64,000 nucleotides of DNA from Thermoplasmata archaeon (GTDB taxonomy: Archaea; Thermoplasmatota; Thermoplasmata; Lutacidiplasmatales; UBA184): contig JAJZGO010000002.1 of NCBI GenBank assembly GCA_021798415.1, positions 159-64,158 of the forward strand, read 5' to 3'. The position numbers were made by a program, and so were the translations under genes. The first letter of the stretch is position 1. Each line of letters starts with the position of its first letter. A model generated the notes under the pieces. It was not told the origin of the DNA. It searched no databases and was given only the letters and a program-made list of their open reading frames with translations. Below, piece after piece: positions 8,899 to 16,344 of the stretch.

Positions 8899-11800
8899 CT
8901 ACGACGTCGGAGGCTTGTCCGGGCCTTCGCTCCAGGTGTTCGAACCCGAGCTCCCGCTCGCGGGCGAGCCGGGGCTGCTCGCGCCGGCCGGAGGCGTCCA
9001 AGCCTCGGGGGGCGACGACGGGGGCGTCGACTTGCCTCCTCCGCGGCGGAGGAAGAGCGCAATCAGCCCGACGACGAGCGCGATCACCGCGACCAGGAGC
9101 GCGAGCGCGAAGTAGTTGTTGAGGTCCGACTTCGTCGCGAGCGGCGCCGGGTTCGACGGCGAGTACATCCCCGAGATGCTGGTCGACTGGCCGGCCACGG
9201 TCACGCTGCCGTTCCCGCCCTTCACGTTGAAGCCGCCGACCGAGCCGAGCGCGTAGGTGAACGTTCCGTTCGGCTCGTAGAAGACGAGCGTCGTTCCCGA
9301 GGTCGACTGGGTCACGCCGTTGACGGTCGCGTTCCAGCTCGTCCCGCCCGGGAGGCCTCCCTCGCTGACGGTGACCGCGTAGGTCAACCGCGAGAAGGTC
9401 ACCCCGACCAGATAGGCGTTCGGTCCCGCAGCGACCGTCCCGGTCGACGGGGACGCCGCATAGCCGGGCACCGGTCCGACCGCGTAGGGGTAGCTGCCCA
9501 TCGGCACCGAGAAGGCGATCGACGCCGCCGAGGAGGTCTCGGCGATGCCGTCGAAGTTCACGGCCCAGCTCGTCCCGGCCACGAGGCCGGTCTCGTTGAA
9601 CGTGACCGTGAACATCTGGTACTCGTCCGGACCGATCGGGTAGTAGTCCCACACGCCGCTCGACACGTAGTACGGGGCGAGGACGCCGTACGAGGTGTAC
9701 GTGTGCCAGTCCGCCCAGTAGTTGCCCACGCCGTTGAGGTCGAACGAGTTGTAGACGTAGCTCCACGCCTGGACGTGCGTGGGGTCGTAGGTGCGGGTGG
9801 CGCCGTTGTCGCCCACGAAGTTGTTGTTGTAGACGAGGTTCCCTTCCCCGTAGGCGATGTAGACCCCGAAGCTCGAGTCGCCGACGAACGAGCTTCCCGT
9901 GACCAGGTTCGACTGGGCGTTCTCGTTCATCTCGACACCGACCACGTCGTGGAACGCTCCGATGTTCGAGAGCGTGGCGTACTCGGTTCCGTTCAGGAGG
10001 ACCCCGAACTCTCCACCGGTTGCGTTGACGTTCGAGAAAGTGACGCTTCCCGTGAGCGCCGTACCCGACCCGCCATCGTAGACGGCGGCGGGGTAGGTGG
10101 TCGCGGTGACGTTCGACACGGTCGTCAGGCTATCGAGGGTCGTCACGACCGCGGCCAGGGCGGGCGCGCCGAAAGTAGTGAACACGAACCCCGGCGCCCA
10201 GGGCCCGGAAAGGGTCGCGTTGCTCGCCGTGACCCCGTTCACGCTCGCGTCGGTGTCCTGGTTGAGCCCGACCGCGAGCGACTGGCCCGAGACCGTGGTC
10301 TGGTCGACGGTGACCCAGGACGAACCGAGCGCGAAGACCCCGACCGAGCCGTCCGAGGCCGTGGTCCCGCGCACGTTCACGTTGTGGGAGCCTTGGATGA
10401 TGGTGCCGACGTCTTGGCCCGAGACCGTGACCGTCGTCACGTTCACGTCCGTAGACGCCAGGATCACCGAGCCCACGCTCGCGGGTCCGGCGGCCGAGAT
10501 CCCCGAAAGGGAGACGAACGAGGAGCCCGAGACGAGCGCCGCCTGGCTTCCCGTGGTCGCGTTGACGCTCGAAACGTTGACCCATTCGGAACCGAGCACC
10601 GCCACGCCGGAACTCGAGTTCTCGGCGGTGAGGCCCGTGAGCGTCCCCGACATGAAGTTCTCGAACACGACGCCCGTGCTGCCGTTCGCCACGACGTTCG
10701 AGACCGAGGCGCTCGAGCCCCCGAGGAAGCCGACCGCGATGGGGCTCCCGTTCGTGGCGGTCACACCGTTAACCGAGCTCGTCGTAACGCCGTACCCGAC
10801 GACCCCCGCGGAGCTGCTCGCGTGGACGGTCGTGACGGTGAGGCCGATCCCTCCGGTCGCGTAGACAGCCTCCGAACCGGTCTCGGACGATACGCCGCTC
10901 AGGGTGGTGGCGTTGGCCCAGAAACCGTCGAACCCGACCGAACCGAAGGAGGCGCTCAGGGTGGTGAACGTCCCCGCCGAGCCGCCCTCGTCGAAGACGG
11001 CCGCGGAGCCGAACTCGGCGGTAAAGTTGGTCCCGACCGCATCGGCGGAGGCGATCACGCTGAACACCGCCGCGCCGAAGCCCGAGACCGAGTTCGTCAC
11101 GGTCGTGTGCGGCGAGGCGGCGGCCCAGACTCCGAACGAGTCGTCCTGGGACACGACGTTCGAGATGCTCGCCCCGGTGTCGTTCCAGAGAGAAATCGCT
11201 CCTCCCTGGACCACCCCGGCGGGGATCAGGACGCCGGCCAGGTTGAGGTTCGAGAAGGCATCGTTCGTCCCGTCGTAGACCACATACTGTTGACCGAGGT
11301 ACGGAATGTTCCCGGTGTACCCGAACGGCGACTGGAACCACTGGGTGATCCCGTGCCAGTTGGGCCCGACGTAGACGTTGTTGATGTCGACCGCCGCCGA
11401 GAACCCGCTCGCCTGCACAAGGCTGAAGGTCGGGAAGCCCCAGTCGTTCAATCGATTGAACGTGAGGTTCACACGCACCTCGAGATTCTTGAAGGTGTAC
11501 GGGGCGCTCGCGCTACCCCCGACCGCGGCGGCCAACGCGGACGCCTGAGCGGCCGACCCCATGTAGAGGGGTGCGTCCAAGACCGCGGGAGCGGCGACCA
11601 TCGTGACCGTGTCGGTGGTCGATGCCGAGAACGGCGTGCCGGCGAACTGATGGTAGCCATCGGCGAACACCGTGAAGTTGTAGCCGAAGAGCACCGGCGG
11701 CAGGTAGGTGCTGACGGTCCCCGATAGGTCCGTCGGCGCCCAGCTGAAATTGTACGTCTGGGCGAGAGCAGGACCGACGAAGACGAAGCCGTAGCTCGGC

Positions 11801-13146
11801 GTCACGTGCGCCGTGAAGTGGATGCTCCCGCTGCCGGTCTGGAGGGTGTTCCAGAGCCCGTAGAGCAGCGAGGGACCGGTCGTGACGTTCTCGGTCGCGC
11901 CGAACCACGTGCTGGCCACCCCGACCGCGGTCTCGCCGGTGTCGCCACCGTAGTCGAATGCGGCCGGGACCCCGGAGTAGGTCGGGCCGACCTGGCGCAT
12001 CAGGTTCAGGCTGCCGTTCACCGAGTTGATGACGGCGTTCGAGCCCGCGCCCGGGCCGGTGAAGACGAGCTCGGAGTCGTAGAACGCGCCGATCGGCGTC
12101 GCCGTGTTGCCGTTCACCAGGAAGTCCGCGGGCAGCGGGGGTGCGATGGAGTTGAAGACCACCGTGTCGTAGACGCCCGCGAAAACGTGGCCCGGTTCCG
12201 TGACCCGGTAGCCGAACGTCACCTGGCTGCGTCCGCTCGGGTTGTTCGAGACGTTGTTGTAGAGGGCGATCGTGACCGGGAACGCGAGGGGCATCGTGGG
12301 CCCGAGGTCGTAGTAGAACTGGCCCGAGACGAACGTCCCGTTGAAGGAGTACAGCGTCCCGGGGTTCAGCGAGGGGCCCGAGAAGTTCCAGACGTTGTCG
12401 ATGAACTGGAGCTGGTGGCCCGAGAAGTCGATGACGTTCTGGGTCCAGAATGCCGCCGTGGTCGAGCCGGGGATCGAGACGTTGGTCGTCACGGTGTTGA
12501 GCTGGACGCCCGACTGGTACGGGCTCGACGCTTGGTTGGCGGGGAGTCCGTTCCAGTAGTACCCACCGGTGTCTTCGTAGAGCTGACCGGCGGTCGCGTT
12601 GTAGCTGTTGAGCGTGAATTGGCCGTCAAAGGAGGGGGTCCAGTACTGGTAGGGGCCGCCCGAACCGATCCCGAGGTCCCCCACGCCCATCGGGGCCGGA
12701 GAGGCCGTGTAGAACGGGCTGATCAGCTGGCCAGGGTTCGAAGCGGGGTGGGCGAGGAGATTGTAGTTCGGAAGGTACGCCGCGTAGGACGGCACTCGGC
12801 CCGTGGAGATCGAGTTCAGGACGCTCGTGACGGTCGAGGTCGCCGCGAGACCCGCGGTCGACTGGGGAGATGCGCCGGGAGAACCGGGCGAATAGTGCCC
12901 CGGGGAAAAGGGCGTCGAGGTCGGCACGGTCGGGGACGAGCCTTTCGCGGCGGCGAAGTTCCCGCCCCATGGGGTCGAGCCTACGGCCGCCGAGTGAACG
13001 CCCGACCCGCTCGCGCTCGTCTGGGACGACCCCGCGATGGACTGGGCGCCGGCAAACGCCCCGGCGGGCAGCACCATCAACGCGGCGATTACGAAAACGA
13101 TCGGCAATGCCCAGACTGCTTTCCGTACGGACGGCAACGCGGCCAT
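8899..13146 (-). CDS. Thermopsin-family (peptidase A5) multidomain surface protein with beta-helix and Ig-like repeats and TM anchor
   Basis: PAPMGVGDLG, QLNTV, FWTQNV, FIDNVWNFS, DSELVF, TGET; GNLVYNNNF...GNYWADW; VTFNETGL repeats; C-terminal TM. Confidence 0.85.
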   Translation of the reverse strand: MAALPSVRKAVWALPIVFVIAALMVLPAGAFAGAQSIAGSSQTSASGSGVHSAAVGSTPWGGNFAAAKGSSPTVPTSTPFSPGHYSPGSPGASPQSTAGLAATSTVTSVLNSISTGRVPSYAAYLPNYNLLAHPASNPGQLISPFYTASPAPMGVGDLGIGSGGPYQYWTPSFDGQFTLNSYNATAGQLYEDTGGYYWNGLPANQASSPYQSGVQLNTVTTNVSIPGSTTAAFWTQNVIDFSGHQLQFIDNVWNFSGPSLNPGTLYSFNGTFVSGQFYYDLGPTMPLAFPVTIALYNNVSNNPSGRSQVTFGYRVTEPGHVFAGVYDTVVFNSIAPPLPADFLVNGNTATPIGAFYDSELVFTGPGAGSNAVINSVNGSLNLMRQVGPTYSGVPAAFDYGGDTGETAVGVASTWFGATENVTTGPSLLYGLWNTLQTGSGSIHFTAHVTPSYGFVFVGPALAQTYNFSWAPTDLSGTVSTYLPPVLFGYNFTVFADGYHQFAGTPFSASTTDTVTMVAAPAVLDAPLYMGSAAQASALAAAVGGSASAPYTFKNLEVRVNLTFNRLNDWGFPTFSLVQASGFSAAVDINNVYVGPNWHGITQWFQSPFGYTGNIPYLGQQYVVYDGTNDAFSNLNLAGVLIPAGVVQGGAISLWNDTGASISNVVSQDDSFGVWAAASPHTTVTNSVSGFGAAVFSVIASADAVGTNFTAEFGSAAVFDEGGSAGTFTTLSASFGSVGFDGFWANATTLSGVSSETGSEAVYATGGIGLTVTTVHASSSAGVVGYGVTTSSVNGVTATNGSPIAVGFLGGSSASVSNVVANGSTGVVFENFMSGTLTGLTAENSSSGVAVLGSEWVNVSSVNATTGSQAALVSGSSFVSLSGISAAGPASVGSVILASTDVNVTTVTVSGQDVGTIIQGSHNVNVRGTTASDGSVGVFALGSSWVTVDQTTVSGQSLAVGLNQDTDASVNGVTASNATLSGPWAPGFVFTTFGAPALAAVVTTLDSLTTVSNVTATTYPAAVYDGGSGTALTGSVTFSNVNATGGEFGVLLNGTEYATLSNIGAFHDVVGVEMNENAQSNLVTGSSFVGDSSFGVYIAYGEGNLVYNNNFVGDNGATRTYDPTHVQAWSYVYNSFDLNGVGNYWADWHTYTSYGVLAPYYVSSGVWDYYPIGPDEYQMFTVTFNETGLVAGTSWAVNFDGIAETSSAASIAFSVPMGSYPYAVGPVPGYAASPSTGTVAAGPNAYLVGVTFSRLTYAVTVSEGGLPGGTSWNATVNGVTQSTSGTTLVFYEPNGTFTYALGSVGGFNVKGGNGSVTVAGQSTSISGMYSPSNPAPLATKSDLNNYFALALLVAVIALVVGLIALFLRRGGGKSTPPSSPPEAWTPPAGASSPGSPASGSSGSNTWSEGPDKPPTS

Positions 13147-13304
13147 GTCGGTCTTTCGTGGCTCGTTCGACTATACAAACCTAGGTGCGGCTCAGGAAAC
13201 GCCGGCACGTGGCCGGCCCCCAGGGTGCCCGCGGGTCGGCCGCGCGCCGGGCCGAGATAAGGAATCGAGCCTCGCCGGCCTTAAGCCGGCCTGGGGAGCT
13301 TTCC

Positions 13305-13473
13305 GACCGGGACTCTGGGGTCGCTGGAGGACCCGCCCGCCTCCCAAGGCGGATGTCGAACGCCCAGGGTCCGGAGGGTACCGACCCCGACCGCCCGCTC
13401 CCGAACCCCGGACGTGGTTCTCGGAAACTACCGAACGCGGATGCGGGCCGAGGTCCGCCGAGTAGGGTCGGTC
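13305..13473 (+). ncRNA. Candidate structured non-coding RNA (unassigned)
   Basis: Orphan CCTTAAGCCG box at 13279-13288; 5' and 3' ends can pair; several internal stems; no convincing ORF. Confidence 0.25.
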
Positions 13474-13554
13474 CCTCACGAGCGTTCCGGGTCGCCCGGC
13501 CGATGTGATCGGCCGCGAACCAACTCCTTAAGCCGCGGGGCCTTCTCGGGGCCC

Positions 13555-13833
13555 GTGAGCCTCCTCGAGCTCTTCGTCGTGGTCCTGGTGACCGGCGTGG
13601 CGCTCCTGAACGCGGGGGTGCCGCTCGCCGCGTGGGCCCGCTCCCGGGACGGCCGCTTCGTCCTCTTGGCGGGAGGGAACCTCGCTCTCGCCGCATTGGG
13701 GGGCCTTTGGCTATGGGGTCAGCTTCCGGGAAGCCCTCCGCCGTATACCGAAGTCCAGCTGCCCGCGTTGTCGATCGTATTGGTCGCGGTTCTCCTCGGC
13801 CTGGCGGCCACCCTCTGGCCCCGTCATGTCTGA
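13555..13833 (+). CDS. Small 3-TM membrane protein (module 2, component A)
   Basis: GTG start 29 nt after CCTTAAG box; RSRDGRF loop; paralog of 5981. Confidence 0.75.
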   Translation: MSLLELFVVVLVTGVALLNAGVPLAAWARSRDGRFVLLAGGNLALAALGGLWLWGQLPGSPPPYTEVQLPALSIVLVAVLLGLAATLWPRHV

Positions 13834-13836
13834 GCG

Positions 13837-14364
13837 ATGGAGGAAGACCCCCTCGCTCTCGAAACGCGGCGTCGGCTGTACGAGGCGGTGCGGATGGCCC
13901 CGGGCACCGGGGCCCGCGAGGTCCAGCGCCGTGTCGGTACCGGTTGGGGCGAAACGGTGTACCACCTCGATCGTCTGACGACGTCCGGGCTGCTCCATCG
14001 GGAACGCTCGGGATATCAGGACCATTACTTCGTCGCGACGGTCCCTCTCGCGGACCGAAGCCTTCTCAAGATCACCCGCTCCCGTTCGGCGCGCCGACTT
14101 CTGATCGCCCTCCTCGAAGCCCCGGGGTCGACCGTCCCGGACCTCGAGACGCGCACCGGACTGAGCGAGGGCCGTCTCTCCGTCCATCTCCGGCGACTGG
14201 CGGAGATAAGGGTGGTGCGGACGGGACGCGCCGGCCGGCTGCGCACCTTCGAGCTCACCGACCGTGAGCGAGTCCTCCGGACGCTCGTCGCCTTCCGCCG
14301 AGGGTTCGCCGACGAGTGGATCGAGCGTACCCTCGAGACGTGGTCGGAGCTCTTTCGTCCGTAG
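13837..14364 (+). CDS. Tandem winged-HTH transcription regulator (module 2, component B)
   Basis: AREVQRRVGTGWGETVYHLDRL; second HTH PGSTVPDLETRTGLSEGRLSVHL; C-terminal ETWSEL. Confidence 0.85.
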   Translation: MEEDPLALETRRRLYEAVRMAPGTGAREVQRRVGTGWGETVYHLDRLTTSGLLHRERSGYQDHYFVATVPLADRSLLKITRSRSARRLLIALLEAPGSTVPDLETRTGLSEGRLSVHLRRLAEIRVVRTGRAGRLRTFELTDRERVLRTLVAFRRGFADEWIERTLETWSELFRP

Positions 14365-14376
14365 CGCCGTCGGGTT

Positions 14377-14407
14377 CGGACCAACGGCTTACGGTCTTGG
14401 ACCAAAA
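14377..14407 (+). promoter_or_regulatory. Module motif copy 3 (CGGACCAAcggcTTACGGtCTTGGACCAAAA)
   Basis: Same CCAA...TTACGG...CTTG..CCAAAA layout; begins 64 nt upstream of GTG 14441. Confidence 0.75.
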
Positions 14408-14440
14408 GCAGGGACAAGGGGAACGCCCTGCTCTCCTCCG

Positions 14441-15433
14441 GTGGCCGACCGACGAACGCCCCACGGAAGTCGCCGCCGAGGCCGGTGGGACTTCCGGGCG
14501 TTCTTCGGGGTCGCCGCGACCGCGCTTGTCCTCGCGGTCACGCTCGTGCCGTTCGGGTCGGGATCCTCGCTGGGGGCGGACTGGTCCTCGACCACGCTCG
14601 CCTGGAGCAACGGCGTGACCCAGTGCATCTTCGTCCCCGGTGCCCCGACGGTCGCCGTGTCGGCGATGAGCCTCGCCGGCTCGGGTCTCTCGACGACCCT
14701 CACGTCTCTCGACGAGGTCACCGCGTCCGGCAACCTCACCGCGGTGGCGGCCCTCTCTTCGGCGACATGGAACTCGACGAACCTCAGCGGCCCGGATCGG
14801 TTCGACATGGCCTACGCCGCGGACGTGCTGATCGTCTCCCCGGTCAATCCCGCGCGGGTCCTCGGCTCGGTCGGTCTGCGAGTGGACTACCTCCTTCCCG
14901 CCTACGCGGATTCCCCTGGCGTCAACCTCCGTAACGTCACTCAGGAGGTCACCATCACGGACTGGACGTGGCAGGGAGCCGGCGACCGGCTCGCCCTTGG
15001 TGTCTCCCTTTGGCCGACGTTCACCGCGCTGGAACGTCTCACCGCCCCTTCGCCAACGAGCTATTCGGTGACGAGCGTCGAGGTCCAAACTGGGGAACCG
15101 CGGGAGTCCGTGGACCTCGGTCGGTCGGCCAACATCAGCCTCCCCGCAAATGGGACCGCGCTGGTTCCCGTTACCCCCGAGGTCCAGATCGCGGGGCAGG
15201 GCACCTACGCCTCGGTCGGCGTGTGGGTCGGCGCCGTCGCCGGAGAGTTCCGGTCGCTCTCGTACGTGTCGGTCATCTCGCTTCCCGTGCCCAAGACCCT
15301 CGCGGGACTTCCGCTCTACGACTACGCGGCCGTGGGCGGAGCGGGATTGGTCGCCGTGGCCGCGCTCGCTCTGACGGCGCGCCGAGTGCGCCGGAGACCT
15401 TCCGACCTCACCTTCGTGGAGGAGCAACTGTGA
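14441..15433 (+). CDS. Exported protein with C-terminal TM and basic tail (module 2, component C)
   Basis: Basic N-region plus hydrophobic signal; blocks shared with the 6889 protein; TM followed by RRVRRRPSDL. Confidence 0.72.
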   Translation: MADRRTPHGSRRRGRWDFRAFFGVAATALVLAVTLVPFGSGSSLGADWSSTTLAWSNGVTQCIFVPGAPTVAVSAMSLAGSGLSTTLTSLDEVTASGNLTAVAALSSATWNSTNLSGPDRFDMAYAADVLIVSPVNPARVLGSVGLRVDYLLPAYADSPGVNLRNVTQEVTITDWTWQGAGDRLALGVSLWPTFTALERLTAPSPTSYSVTSVEVQTGEPRESVDLGRSANISLPANGTALVPVTPEVQIAGQGTYASVGVWVGAVAGEFRSLSYVSVISLPVPKTLAGLPLYDYAAVGGAGLVAVAALALTARRVRRRPSDLTFVEEQL

Positions 15434-15653
15434 ACGACGGGGGAACGGTGGAGAAGAAGCAGGCCGACGATCGTGCGATTGCCGTGGACGAGCGAGAGCG
15501 GAGATCCCATTCGGATTCACCTTCCGGGCCTCCTCCCGCCCAAGCTTCCCGCCCCCACGGGTCGATCATCCTTCGGAGGGTCTTCGACACCTTGCGCGGC
15601 GGCCGCCGACCGCGACGCGGCCCGGTGACGGACCCGGCCCCATGGGAGGTCCC

Positions 15654-16292
15654 ATGACCGTCTCGAACGGTCGGATCGTTCCCCGGTCGGCGGGACTCCT
15701 ACGGACCCTGCTGATCGTCGGGGTGGTCGTTGGGTTGCTCGCACTCCCGCTTGCCTTGGGCCTCGATCCCACGACGCCGAGAGGTCCCCAGGAGCTTGCG
15801 CCGGCGACCACGACTGCCATCAGCGTGCAGGTAACCTCGACGCTCAAATTCACGCCGGACGTGCTGGATGTCGTCCCGGGTGCCCTCGTTCAACTCGTCG
15901 TGATCCAGGAGGCGTCGATCCCCCACACTTTCGTCCTGTCGCCCGTCGCGAACTTCACGATCCCTGCGAACGACACGCCCGCCCAGCTCTTCGAGTTCTT
16001 CAATGCCCACCCACCCCTCGTGAACCTCAGCCTGCCGGGAACCCCGGGGGCCCGAGCGTACGCGAACTTCACGGCGCCGTCGGTCGGAACGTATGAGTTC
16101 GTCTGCGAGATCCCCGGGCATTTCCAGTCCGGGATGCACGGGATTCTGGTCTCGTCGGTCGCCGCTCCGTCGAACGGATCATCGACTCTCTTTACACCGA
16201 CCGTGCTCATCGTCCTCGGCGCCGTGGTGGTCGTGGTCGGAGTCGGTTCCGGCCTCGCTCTCTGGCGACGTTCGCGGCGCTCGCCCAAGTGA
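15654..16292 (+). CDS. Membrane-anchored blue-copper protein (cupredoxin; sulfocyanin/rusticyanin-like)
   Basis: PHTF and CEIPGHFQSGM type-1 Cu ligands; N-terminal signal and C-terminal TM. Confidence 0.88.
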   Translation: MTVSNGRIVPRSAGLLRTLLIVGVVVGLLALPLALGLDPTTPRGPQELAPATTTAISVQVTSTLKFTPDVLDVVPGALVQLVVIQEASIPHTFVLSPVANFTIPANDTPAQLFEFFNAHPPLVNLSLPGTPGARAYANFTAPSVGTYEFVCEIPGHFQSGMHGILVSSVAAPSNGSSTLFTPTVLIVLGAVVVVVGVGSGLALWRRSRRSPK

Positions 16293-16344
16293 GGCCTGAT
16301 GGGCCAGGGGTCTTCGGGAAACGTGGCGGCACCGGAGGGATAGA

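Noticed and set aside
8320-11727. Very long antisense or alternative-frame ORFs (e.g. 8320-11727, 1492-3969, 33082-35493, 42739-45369)
   Set aside because: Arg/Gly/Pro-rich shadows of real genes, expected at this GC content
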